From NCBI GenBank assembly GCA_963544075.1, contig CAUUDV010000001.1:727-64726 (forward strand): 64,000 nt of DNA, written 5' to 3'. The position numbers were made by a program, and so were the translations under genes. Positions 30,097 to 40,174 of the stretch are shown one piece after another. This DNA comes from an uncultured Acholeplasmataceae bacterium. Its GTDB lineage: Bacteria > Bacillota_I > Bacilli_A > Acholeplasmatales > Acholeplasmataceae. How positions within the stretch are numbered: the first letter of the stretch is position 1; every line of letters begins with the position of its first letter. The notes beneath the pieces are model-generated. The model was not told where the DNA came from, searched no databases, and saw only the letters and a program-made list of their open reading frames with translations.

Positions 30097-31902
30097 ATGA
30101 AAGACTTAATTATTGTTGAATCTCCAACTAAAGCAAAAACAATTTCTGGTTATTTAGCCGATAGTTTTAATGTTCTTTCTTCAAAAGGACACATCCGCGA
30201 CTTAAAAATCGCGGGACCAGGTGGACTTGGCATCGGCATTGAAAATAATTTTGAGCCACTCTACACTTTAATTACCAAATCTAGAAAAATTGTCTCTGAC
30301 TTAAAAAAAGCAGCCAAGGGCGCCAAAGTCTATTTGGCATCCGACCCCGATAGAGAAGGTGAAAGTATTGCCTGGCATTTAGCGGAAGTCCTAGGTCTAG
30401 ATAAAAGCGATACAATTCGTATAGTTTTTAACGAAATCACAAAACAAGCGGTTAAAAAGGCTTTAGATGAACCTAGACAAATTGACATGAAACTAGTAGA
30501 CTCACAAGAATCTAGACGCATGGTTGACCGAATTATTGGCTTTAAATTATCTAAACTTGCCAGACAAAAGATTGGCGGCAAGTCAGCCGGTCGTGTGCAG
30601 ACTGTGGTTTTAAAACTAATTGTACTTCGTGAAAAAGAAATTAAGGCTTTTGTGCCGGAGACTTACTTTGACTTAAAATTAGTAGGCCAGAGTTTTGAGG
30701 CTCCCTATATTTCTGTTAAAAAACACGAAGTTACTAAAGAAATTAAAGAAAAAGTAGAGCGAGAAGCCACTCCACTTTATTTCGTTAAAGACATTCAGGA
30801 AAGTGAGACTAAAACTTATCCAAAACCAGCACACACCACCTCTTCTTTTCAACAAGAAGTTGCAAATAAACTAGGTTGGTCTGCCAAAAAAGCCATGCAG
30901 GTTGCACAAAGCCTATACGAAGGTGTGGAAACAACTAGTGGACTAACTGGTTTAATTACCTACATGCGAACAGACTCAACTAGAGTGTCTAGCGCTTTTA
31001 TTCAAGAGGCTAAAGACTACATTGAAAAAACTTACGGAACTGAATATTTGGGTGTGTATCCAGTTAAGAAAAACCAAGCCGCTGCGCAAGACGCACACGA
31101 AGCGATTCGCCCGGTTTCGGTTTACAACACACCTGCTGCCATGGCTAGTTTTTTAACGCCTGATCAACTTAAAATCTATATACTAATTTACAACCGAGCG
31201 TTGGCTGCTAATTTGGCTGCTGCTGTTTTTAAAAACAAAACTGTGACTTTGGCTAAAAACAGCCATTTATTTCAGGCACACGAAAGTGTGTGTCAGTTTA
31301 AAGGACACCGCGTGCTTGACGAAAAAATTGAAGACAAAGTCTTGCCAATTTTTGAGTTAGGTCAAGAAATTGACGCAAAACTAGCAATTGATGAAAAACA
31401 AACCCAGCCACCGGCTAGATACAACGAAGGTTCTTTGATTAAAAAAATGGAAGAACTGGGAATTGGCCGCCCTTCTACCTACGCCCAAATTATTGAAACT
31501 CTAAAAAGCCGTGTTTACATCAACGTTGAAAAACGCCAATTTATTCCAACCGATCTGGCCTTTGATTTAGTCTCTTCGTTTGACGAGTATTTTGTTAAAC
31601 TAATGGATCCTGCCTACACTTCTAAAATGGAGACAGAACTTGACGAAATCGCGCACGCCGATATTGACAAAGTTGAGTTTTTAACTAAATTCTACCGTGA
31701 ATTTATGGAGACTTTAGCAGTTGCTGAGACTAAAATGCCGTCTAAGAAGTTTGCCCAAATTTTAGACGAGCCTTGTCCAAAATGTGAAAAACCACTGATT
31801 TTAAGAAAATCTGTATATGGGTTTTTCAAAGGTTGCACAGGTTTCCCAAAATGCCGTTATATTGAAAAAGCGGAACCTGGTCAAAATCAGGCTGATGTAT
31901 AA
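30097..31902 (+). CDS. topA: DNA topoisomerase I
   Basis: TOPRIM LIIVESPTKAKTI and ASDPDREGE, active-site YMRTDS, and a C-terminal zinc ribbon CPKCEK...CTGFPKC. Confidence 0.97.
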   Translation: MKDLIIVESPTKAKTISGYLADSFNVLSSKGHIRDLKIAGPGGLGIGIENNFEPLYTLITKSRKIVSDLKKAAKGAKVYLASDPDREGESIAWHLAEVLGLDKSDTIRIVFNEITKQAVKKALDEPRQIDMKLVDSQESRRMVDRIIGFKLSKLARQKIGGKSAGRVQTVVLKLIVLREKEIKAFVPETYFDLKLVGQSFEAPYISVKKHEVTKEIKEKVEREATPLYFVKDIQESETKTYPKPAHTTSSFQQEVANKLGWSAKKAMQVAQSLYEGVETTSGLTGLITYMRTDSTRVSSAFIQEAKDYIEKTYGTEYLGVYPVKKNQAAAQDAHEAIRPVSVYNTPAAMASFLTPDQLKIYILIYNRALAANLAAAVFKNKTVTLAKNSHLFQAHESVCQFKGHRVLDEKIEDKVLPIFELGQEIDAKLAIDEKQTQPPARYNEGSLIKKMEELGIGRPSTYAQIIETLKSRVYINVEKRQFIPTDLAFDLVSSFDEYFVKLMDPAYTSKMETELDEIAHADIDKVEFLTKFYREFMETLAVAETKMPSKKFAQILDEPCPKCEKPLILRKSVYGFFKGCTGFPKCRYIEKAEPGQNQADV

Positions 31903-31962
31903 TATTTGTGAACACAAATTCACATATTAACCTACCTTGTAATAATAAAGGAGAGCAAAATT

Positions 31963-33561
31963 ATGAAAAAAATATTATTTTTAATTACCTTAGTTTTATC
32001 TGCTTTTTTAGTAGCGTCTTGTAAAAAAGAACCCCAAAAACCAGCAGATACTCTTGATTTATCTAAACTTGCGGTGCCAAGTGGTCGAGTTGATAAAAAC
32101 TTCGCGCTACCCGCTAAGTTAGGTGACACCGAAATTAGTTATGAAATCACTAAAGGCAAAGTAGCCGCTAAATTATCAGGTCTAGAAGTTCAAATTTACC
32201 GTCAAACTAAAGACGTGGAAGTTGAGTTAACCGCTACAGCCGGTGAACTTACGCATACTTTTTTATTTACTGTTGCTAAACTAGACGCTTCAAAACTTGC
32301 TCAATATCAACAACTTGAAGAAACTTTAAAAAAAGCAGAGTTTACTGCCAAAGCCAAAGAGATTTACGAAAAAATCCCAGTGCTTAGCACCATTATTAAG
32401 TTAATTGAAAACCAAATTTCTAAACTTGGCCTTGATAAAATCAAAGACGGCGAACTTCCAAGTGATGGTGTATTTGGCAAACTTATTTCTCAATTTAAAA
32501 ACGAAAAAGGTGAGTTAGTTTTCCCTGAAAAATTAACTTTAGAAAGCCCAGGTATTCTTGAAAACTACATCGACCTTTACAACACAATTCAAAAAGCCTT
32601 AAAACAACCTGTACCTAAATTACAAAGTTTTGATTTTTCAAAACTACTTAGTCTACTAACTGCAGATGGGATTGCTAAACTAATTGATGATAATTTTGTT
32701 TTCAAAAAAGATGGCAAAGAAGACCCTGAATACAAAAAACAAGTAATTAACTTTATTAAAAGTGAACTTAACCAAAAATCAATTGACTTGCTTTTAAAGC
32801 AAGTACAAGCCTTATTTCCAAAACTGCCAAGCCTTGGTGCTTGGCAAGAAGTTGTAGCGCTTTTTCCTAGTTTTGTTGAACTTGGCAAAAACATCTACGC
32901 TTTGAAGTTAAGTCAAAGTAAACTAAGTAACTTAAAAGACCAAATTAGCGCAGGCAATGTAGTTGAACAAAGTAAAATTGACGCAGAAATTGCTAATTTC
33001 AAAGCAGCGCAAAACGCTTTAAATAAAGCAGTTTTAGCAGTTCAAAAGCTACTTAAACAAGAAAAAATTCAAGATGCACTTAAAGCAGCGTTTGACTCAA
33101 TTGGCAAGTTTTTTCATAACTTTGCCCAAAAAAATATAGATAAAATCCAAGATACAGCAGAAAAAGCCAAAGCCTTTCAACAATATCAAGATAATGTTAA
33201 AGCATTTCAAAATATTCATGAGTTTATTTTGGGCTTAGTTTTAAAAGTTGGAAATAAATCTTACACTACTGAGTTAAGACAAGGTGGCGACAAAAACTTA
33301 TATGAAGCGGTCTCTAAATGGTCTAGATACTTAGTTGACTTTATTTCAAAAGATGGTGCAAACATCCATCCAGCAATTAGTAGTATTTTTTCATTAGTTT
33401 ATGGCCAAGTTTTTGGCGCTAAGACCGGAACTATTGAAAACTACCGTCAACTTTATCAAATTGGCAAATACTTTAAAGACCCGCAAGACGGACAAGACGC
33501 CAAAATTTACACAGACTTAGTTAAACTGCTTGCAGAACTGAAAGCTATGTCTCAAAGATAA
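31963..33561 (+). CDS. Lipoprotein, helical and Lys/Gln-rich, function unknown
   Basis: Signal peptide with lipobox FLVASC. RBS aaaggagag upstream. Confidence 0.75.
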   Translation: MKKILFLITLVLSAFLVASCKKEPQKPADTLDLSKLAVPSGRVDKNFALPAKLGDTEISYEITKGKVAAKLSGLEVQIYRQTKDVEVELTATAGELTHTFLFTVAKLDASKLAQYQQLEETLKKAEFTAKAKEIYEKIPVLSTIIKLIENQISKLGLDKIKDGELPSDGVFGKLISQFKNEKGELVFPEKLTLESPGILENYIDLYNTIQKALKQPVPKLQSFDFSKLLSLLTADGIAKLIDDNFVFKKDGKEDPEYKKQVINFIKSELNQKSIDLLLKQVQALFPKLPSLGAWQEVVALFPSFVELGKNIYALKLSQSKLSNLKDQISAGNVVEQSKIDAEIANFKAAQNALNKAVLAVQKLLKQEKIQDALKAAFDSIGKFFHNFAQKNIDKIQDTAEKAKAFQQYQDNVKAFQNIHEFILGLVLKVGNKSYTTELRQGGDKNLYEAVSKWSRYLVDFISKDGANIHPAISSIFSLVYGQVFGAKTGTIENYRQLYQIGKYFKDPQDGQDAKIYTDLVKLLAELKAMSQR

Positions 33562-33614
33562 GTCAATAGCTTATTTAAAGAGATTTCGCCTTTTTTAATT
33601 TAAAAATAAACTTA

Positions 33615-33665
33615 AAACTACCAAAAATCAATGAAGTGTCAACTTCACATTTGGTAGTTTTTTTA
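33615..33665 (+). terminator. Intrinsic terminator after the lipoprotein gene
   Basis: Outer stem aaactaccaaa / tttggtagttt with an inner stem tgaagt...acttca, followed by a T-run. Confidence 0.6.
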
Positions 33666-33701
33666 TAAAAAAAGACATTTAAACTTTATAGGTGCAGTGC
33701 T

Positions 33702-33710
33702 TGATATAAT
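33702..33710 (+). promoter_or_regulatory. Extended -10 element upstream of the NTase-domain gene
   Basis: TGaTATAAT about 48 nt upstream of ATG 33758. No good -35 element. Confidence 0.35.
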
Positions 33711-33757
33711 AATTTTGAAAAGGTTGTCCAGTTAAAAACAAAAAAGAGGTTTTAATT

Positions 33758-34656
33758 ATGAATTTTAATATTGAGTCTGGCACAGAATTGATTATAAGAA
33801 AAAAACTCGCTCAATTTATTGAAAAGTATTTTCATTATCTTGGCTACGATTTTAGGCACACTTTATTTAAACAAATTATTTATATGGAAACTGATGTGCA
33901 AACTAAATTAGAAGAGAAAATAAAAAGTTCGTATGACGCCTATTTTTATTTGCTTTGCAATAATCAAAATATTTTTTCTTCTAGTCTATTGAAGAAATTT
34001 TTCTATATCTTAAAAGAAGAAGAACTGTCTGCAGACCTAATTACAAGACTAACCAATTTATTTTTCAAGACTTGTGTTGAAAATTCATTAGAAAACTTAA
34101 TTATTTTTTCACATAAAACCTTTCAAACAATGGTGGAATTAGATACCGAATATAGGTTTTTGATTAGTTTGATGTTTTTAAACTATTCGTTAGTAAAGGT
34201 TGGCATTCCTGCGTTGGTTTTTAATGAAACCGTATTAAAAGAACTAAGTGAATTATATATTTTAGATAGTTCAAATAATTTAGTTTGCTATATTACTAAA
34301 TTCATATTAGAAAGTAAAAAGCAAGATAAATCTTATTATCAAAATTTAAAGAAACTAACTTTTAAAGAAATCTTTCAAACCTTGATGAATGATAAACTTT
34401 TGCTTATTCAATTTGGAGTTAAACATTTGTATATTTTTGGTTCTTTTGCGCAAGGCACCGAAAGACTAGACTCAGATATTGATTTGCTCGCTGAGTTTTC
34501 TTTAGATATAACTAAAGAAAACAAGCAAAAAATAAAGATACTTTAAAACAACTTTATTTTGAAAAATTCAAAAGATTTGTTGATTTGATTGAAGTTGGAC
34601 CGTATTTAAGCGAAAACTTACTAAAAGAAGTAAATAACTGCATAAAGGTATTTTAA
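33758..34656 (+). pseudogene. Two-domain protein (degenerate Fic-like region plus minimal nucleotidyltransferase/MNT domain) interrupted by a frameshift at an A6 run
   Basis: NTase motif LYIFGSFAQGTERLDSDIDLLAEF. The ORF stops at 34546, but the rest of the domain (FVDLIEVGPYLSENLLKEVNNCIKVF) continues in another frame to 34656. One extra A in the run at 34527-34532 would fuse the frames. Confidence 0.6.
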
Positions 34657-34668
34657 AAAGGAGTAAAA

Positions 34669-37600
34669 ATGGCAAACAAAGGACTTAAAGGTTACTGTAA
34701 ATTTTTAACTCATTCCCTTGATAGTTTAGTAAAAACTAATGTCAATATCAACAAGAACGACGCTAATTTTCACATTATTATTCCCTTAATTGAAAATGTT
34801 GGAAGCGGCCCAATTAAAACTAGTTTAATCTACAATCACCAAAACAAAGACGAAAAAGATTTCTTTGGCAAAGGCTTTAAACTAAATTATTTTACTAAGA
34901 TTCAAAGTACTGAAGGCAAAATTTCTGTTTTTAACGCAGATGGCTCTGTTGATGAGTATCTAAAACCTGATTTTAAAAATCCAGAGACTCAAGCAGAAGT
35001 ACATAACTTTTCCGATGAATATCTTTTAAAGTCAGGTTTTGAAATTAAAGATAAATACGGAAATAAAACAATTTTTGAAGAACCAATTAGCATTAACTAT
35101 CCTAGTGAAATGATAGGAATAAACGGCGAGAGGCTTCTTTTTGATTTTGTAGACGTTGAAAAAAGAATTGTAAATAAGTATGGTGGCAAAATAATTTTTA
35201 AAAAAACTAGCGACTTTATTTCTGAAGTTGCTTACTTTCAGGACGATAAAAAAGTTTATTTTGCAACTCTTGAGTATGAAAATAGCAAGTTAACAAAAGT
35301 TACACACAAACAAAATAACACAATAATTTCTGAGTTAAAAATTATTTACCTTGACAATCAAATCACGCTTTTTAACGCGATTTCAAAACGTGGTCTTGTT
35401 TACAGATTTGTAGACGCCAAAGTAGTTGAATTTGCTGAAGTTTTTGGCGATTCCTTAACTGAAAGAAACAAAAACACAATAACATACGAAGACAGAAAAA
35501 CTACCATAACTAATTTAGCAAACCCTGCAAAACCAGAGCAAAGTTATGTGTTTTTTGACGATAAAGATTTTCCGCTTTTTGAATTTGACAGTCAAATGAA
35601 CGCAGTTGAAACTGAATACCACCACGAAACCAAACAACTGCTTTCCAAAAGCACACCTGTTTCTGTTTTAGACCAAAAAAATAATTTATTTAAGTCTGCT
35701 ATTGCTGATTTTGCCAAAAACGGAGTTGATGTTCAGAAAGTAGATTTAAAACCTGGTTTTTTAAAAAACTTCTTAAAGGATAGCGTTTATCTTGTAAAAA
35801 CTACCGGAGACAGCGGTAGTTTAACTTTTAATATTCCGGTTAGTGGCATCGCAACTGACGAAATTTTTGTAGCGATCTGGGGTAGACAATTAACGCCAAA
35901 AACAGATAAATCAAAGGTTGAAGTAAGACTGGCCGCTGGTGGCGAAGACAACGATGTATTTAAAAAAGAAATGATAGACGAAAACTTTGACTTAATGACT
36001 CTAGGAGTTTCTGCTACTAAAACTTTTGATTCAATTGAATTGAGCGTGTTGTTTACAGGAAACGCTTCAATTGAGATTGGTGGAATTCAAGTATTTAAAA
36101 AAGCATTTGGTGCTTTTTATGCATACGACAAGTCTGGCAACCCCAAAGATATTTTAAGTGGCTCTATTGGCGTCCAAGTTAAACACAATGCAAATAATTT
36201 TCCAGAAAGTGTCACAAGCCCAGAAGGAGCTGCGACTAAATACTACTACAACAAAGAAGGCAATGTTGCTTTAGTTAAATACCCCTATGGTGTGTTTTTA
36301 AAAAACAAATATTGTGATTTTCATAAATCTAATGTATTGTCTACAACAGTTTCTTCAGCAGATGGTGAAAACATTTTAAAAGTTGAAAAAAACTGGACTA
36401 AAGACGGCAGGATGTTAATCGGAGAAATAGATGAACTGCAAAATAAAAAAACTTTTGAATACGACAGTTTAGGCAGAATCACCAAAGCGGTAAACTCACT
36501 TGGTGTAGTTTCTTTAACTGAATACAACGAAGACAGCACGATTAAAAACTTTAAAACCACTTTAAATAATTTATCTGCGCACGCGGTATACGAATACAAT
36601 GAAAAGCAAGATTTAATTAAAATAAAGTTAAAAAATGGCTCAGAATATGAGTTTAAATATGATGATTTAGGCAATATCTCACAAATTTTAATAAATAAAA
36701 CCCCAATATTTATCTACGAATACTCGCCAATTTTAAATAGTTTATTAAGCATCAAATTTGGAACAAAAGGAGATGCTTACTTGTTTGAATACAATTCAGA
36801 CAATTTACTATACTCACTTTACTACCAAAAAGATAATAAAAAGTCTTTAAGATTTAAATATCAATACAACGAAGAAGGCCAAATTATTGCGGTTTTTGAC
36901 AAAAACAGTGCAAAGATTAAAGAGTTTTTTTACGACGAAGACGGTGAAATTATAAAAATCCAAAATCCAGGTATAGAAATCAACAAGTCACACGATAATT
37001 TAGGTAATGTTAACCGTAAATCAATTACTGTAGATAAACATAATTTAAATTTTGCATACGACACAGTTGAACGCTCCAAAGGTTCTTACCCTGAAACTAT
37101 TGTTGAGGCGTTTGCGGGTGAAAGATCATATATTGGTATTTTTAGTGATGATTCTAACTTAACCAATAAAAAAGGCAATTTACTTAAATCAATTGAACAC
37201 AAGGACGAAAAACCTATTGAACTAGACACTTATCTAGAAGGCATAATTCCTTATGTTAAATTAGATAACAAAAAAATGCTTAGCTACAAATTAGATATGC
37301 CAAGTCCTTTTTCTTTAGAAAACGGCGGTATTCAGTTTTGGTTTAAACAAACTGAATACGGAAATTACTATCAATGTCTGTTTAGTTGTAAAGACAACGA
37401 TGCTTACGACAGCATTGGACTATACTTGCAATACGGCAAAATCACTTTAAAGGTAGTTGATTTCGCCGGAAAGACACTCGATATTTTAACTAGTGATTTT
37501 TCAATAAAAGAAAAAGAGTGGAACTTTGTTGCGCTTTCTTTTTTCAATAGAGCAGACGGACAAGGGTATTCTGAAGTTTCTGAGTTCGCTTTTTCTTTAA

Positions 37601-40173
37601 ATGGGCATACTCAAGTTTATCAGCAAGCAGACCCAAGAATAAACTTTGACCTTGGTGCTGATTTAGTTTACAACATTGGCCACGAATATAACGGCAAAAG
37701 TAGCTATTACCACTTCTACGGGCAAGTTACTTGTCTGTATATTGCTGGAAAGACCTATATTGACGTACCAGAAATTAAAAGATATTACCGTGCTACTAAG
37801 GATTATTTGATTGACAATCAATTAGTAGATGCAGAGACCCGAACTGTTGATTTCAGTCAAACTACTTACTTTAACATCACTCAACAAAACTTAAAAGATT
37901 TTGAAATTTTCCCACTGCAAAACTCAGTAACTTCGTTAACTAGCCAAAAACCTAGTCATTTTAGCACAAGAAACGTTTCAAATTACGACAAAGACCGCAC
38001 ATTTAACTTCAACAACATAAGTAAAAGATACGCATTTGTGGCAGACGGCAACGAGTTGGTTTATGACTTTCTGACTAACGGAACTGGAACTATTTCATTT
38101 AGAGCGTTTTCAGACACTAGAGAAGACATGCAATATTTATTTGAAGCAATTGACGAAAGAAATCAAAAAATTGCTTTATTTAAAAACAAAGACGCTAAGT
38201 TAGTTATAAAATACGGAAGTGAAACTAAAGAAACTAATTTAATGTTTTCTTGCAATTCTTGGCATTTTGTTGCGCTTTCTTTCACAGAAGTAAATGAAGG
38301 CAATGGATACGGGTTTACTCAATCTACTTCTTTTAGACTAATTCTTGACGATAGTGAGTATATTTGGATTTCTAGTCAATCTGGACTAGGCAACAACTTA
38401 AAGTTATCAGTTGGCAGAAAATTAACTTCAGATTATAGCTCTTATAATTTAGGCTATCTAGCCGATTGTATGGAATTGCAAGGCCAAATCGAGATGCTTG
38501 CTTTCAGAGCTGCTTTTTGTGAAAAGAAAACTCTTGAAGCACTTAAAAAAGAAATTGTCGGTATTTCTCAAAACAAACAGTTTGATACACTTGGCATGCT
38601 TAGAAACATTGTTTTACATAAAGCTGGTAAAAACATTATGTCTACCACTTTTGATTACAAAAGAAGAGAAAATGACCATAAATATATCTCTAAGCAAATT
38701 TCAAATGAACTGCACCGTTTCAAACATTCCACTGAACTTAGCCGCACATACGAGACCGATGTACTAGGCAATGTCTTGTCAATTGAAGACAACATTTTTA
38801 AAAATCACACATACAGGTATGATTTTCGCGGATTTTTGTCAAAAGACGATGATAAAACTATCCAGTATGACGGCAACGGAAATATTTTAAAATATGGTGA
38901 TACTACTTATCAATACTCAAGTCAGATTAAGGACTTGCTTGTTAAGGTAAATGGCAGCGAAATTTTTTACGACGATAAAAACATTTTTAACCCTAAGTCA
39001 TATAAAGGCAATCAATATTTATTTGAAGGCAGAAGATTAGTTGAGTTTACGGATAGCGATGACAATACTTTTACTTATGAATATGACGATAAAGGTCTTA
39101 GAATTAAAAAAATCACACCAGACGAAACAATTTACTACTACTATGATGACGATAAATTAGTTTCACAAATTTCAGACAGTTACAGACTAGACTTTTTGTA
39201 TGATGAAGATAATCTACTTTATGGATTTATTTTAGACAAAACAAAAAATTATTTTTATCTAAAAGATAGTCTACAAAATATTTTAGGTATAGTTGATGAA
39301 AACGGCGAAAGAATAGTGGGATACGAAAGTAACGCTTATGGTGATACTTATGTTTATTTTGATAATTCTGCAAATAATCTCGCTCAAATCAACCCATTTA
39401 GATACAAAGGATACTATTTTGACGAAGAAAGTCAAATGTATTACTGCACAACCAGGTACTATGTACCTGAGTGGTGTAGATGGCTAAACATTGACAACCC
39501 TTTATTTGTAGAAAACGAATATTCATCTACCAACAACTTATTTTGCTACTGTAAAAATAACCCTGTTAATTACATTGATAAAGATGGTCAACTATTTTTA
39601 AGTGCAATAATAATTGGCGCGATTATCGGAGCTGCTGCTGGCGTTGGATATAGTTGTTATAAACAAAAATCCGAAAATGGCACAATAAATTGGAAGAAAG
39701 CGCTTCTCGCAGGTGCTTTAGGTGCAGTTAGTGGTGTTGCTGCAACTTCTGGAATTGGCACATTCGCTTCAGCAATGATAGGTGGCGCTACCAGTTTTGT
39801 AGGAAGTATCGGTGATGATTTAATTGATAATGGTGGCGATTTTTACAAGGTAAACTACAAATCAGCAGCAATTTCTGGAATTATAGGAGCAGGAATGGCA
39901 GGAATAGCATCATATGTTAGTGATCAAGCGAATGTTTTAAAAGACAAAATTGCTAGCAAATTAAGCAATATTTTAACAAAAAATATTCAAAATAGTGCTG
40001 TTGGTAAAATTAGCGCCAAAGGTGTGCAAGGGATAACTAATTCATTCGGTAAATCATTTACTAAAGCTATTAAAAAAGTACTTCCTGGCCCAATTGCAAG
40101 GAAAGCGTTGCTAAATAGTGCCATTGATCAAATTTTTAATTTTGCTTCTGAATTTTTAAAAGGTTTTATTTAA
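34669..40173 (+). CDS. Rhs/YD-repeat polymorphic toxin with two LamG/ConA-like inserts and a glycine-zipper membrane-type C-terminal domain
   Basis: 1834 aa with many YD repeats (FEYDSLGRIT, FKYDDLGNIS, YQYNEEGQII, FFYDEDGEII, YEYDDKGLRI). Rhs core end NPFRYKGYYFDEESQMYYCTTRYYVPEWCRWLNIDNP...NNPVNYIDKDGQ, followed by a divergent tail of about 190 aa. RBS aaaggag. Confidence 0.9.
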   Translation: MANKGLKGYCKFLTHSLDSLVKTNVNINKNDANFHIIIPLIENVGSGPIKTSLIYNHQNKDEKDFFGKGFKLNYFTKIQSTEGKISVFNADGSVDEYLKPDFKNPETQAEVHNFSDEYLLKSGFEIKDKYGNKTIFEEPISINYPSEMIGINGERLLFDFVDVEKRIVNKYGGKIIFKKTSDFISEVAYFQDDKKVYFATLEYENSKLTKVTHKQNNTIISELKIIYLDNQITLFNAISKRGLVYRFVDAKVVEFAEVFGDSLTERNKNTITYEDRKTTITNLANPAKPEQSYVFFDDKDFPLFEFDSQMNAVETEYHHETKQLLSKSTPVSVLDQKNNLFKSAIADFAKNGVDVQKVDLKPGFLKNFLKDSVYLVKTTGDSGSLTFNIPVSGIATDEIFVAIWGRQLTPKTDKSKVEVRLAAGGEDNDVFKKEMIDENFDLMTLGVSATKTFDSIELSVLFTGNASIEIGGIQVFKKAFGAFYAYDKSGNPKDILSGSIGVQVKHNANNFPESVTSPEGAATKYYYNKEGNVALVKYPYGVFLKNKYCDFHKSNVLSTTVSSADGENILKVEKNWTKDGRMLIGEIDELQNKKTFEYDSLGRITKAVNSLGVVSLTEYNEDSTIKNFKTTLNNLSAHAVYEYNEKQDLIKIKLKNGSEYEFKYDDLGNISQILINKTPIFIYEYSPILNSLLSIKFGTKGDAYLFEYNSDNLLYSLYYQKDNKKSLRFKYQYNEEGQIIAVFDKNSAKIKEFFYDEDGEIIKIQNPGIEINKSHDNLGNVNRKSITVDKHNLNFAYDTVERSKGSYPETIVEAFAGERSYIGIFSDDSNLTNKKGNLLKSIEHKDEKPIELDTYLEGIIPYVKLDNKKMLSYKLDMPSPFSLENGGIQFWFKQTEYGNYYQCLFSCKDNDAYDSIGLYLQYGKITLKVVDFAGKTLDILTSDFSIKEKEWNFVALSFFNRADGQGYSEVSEFAFSLNGHTQVYQQADPRINFDLGADLVYNIGHEYNGKSSYYHFYGQVTCLYIAGKTYIDVPEIKRYYRATKDYLIDNQLVDAETRTVDFSQTTYFNITQQNLKDFEIFPLQNSVTSLTSQKPSHFSTRNVSNYDKDRTFNFNNISKRYAFVADGNELVYDFLTNGTGTISFRAFSDTREDMQYLFEAIDERNQKIALFKNKDAKLVIKYGSETKETNLMFSCNSWHFVALSFTEVNEGNGYGFTQSTSFRLILDDSEYIWISSQSGLGNNLKLSVGRKLTSDYSSYNLGYLADCMELQGQIEMLAFRAAFCEKKTLEALKKEIVGISQNKQFDTLGMLRNIVLHKAGKNIMSTTFDYKRRENDHKYISKQISNELHRFKHSTELSRTYETDVLGNVLSIEDNIFKNHTYRYDFRGFLSKDDDKTIQYDGNGNILKYGDTTYQYSSQIKDLLVKVNGSEIFYDDKNIFNPKSYKGNQYLFEGRRLVEFTDSDDNTFTYEYDDKGLRIKKITPDETIYYYYDDDKLVSQISDSYRLDFLYDEDNLLYGFILDKTKNYFYLKDSLQNILGIVDENGERIVGYESNAYGDTYVYFDNSANNLAQINPFRYKGYYFDEESQMYYCTTRYYVPEWCRWLNIDNPLFVENEYSSTNNLFCYCKNNPVNYIDKDGQLFLSAIIIGAIIGAAAGVGYSCYKQKSENGTINWKKALLAGALGAVSGVAATSGIGTFASAMIGGATSFVGSIGDDLIDNGGDFYKVNYKSAAISGIIGAGMAGIASYVSDQANVLKDKIASKLSNILTKNIQNSAVGKISAKGVQGITNSFGKSFTKAIKKVLPGPIARKALLNSAIDQIFNFASEFLKGFI

Positions 40174-40174
40174 T

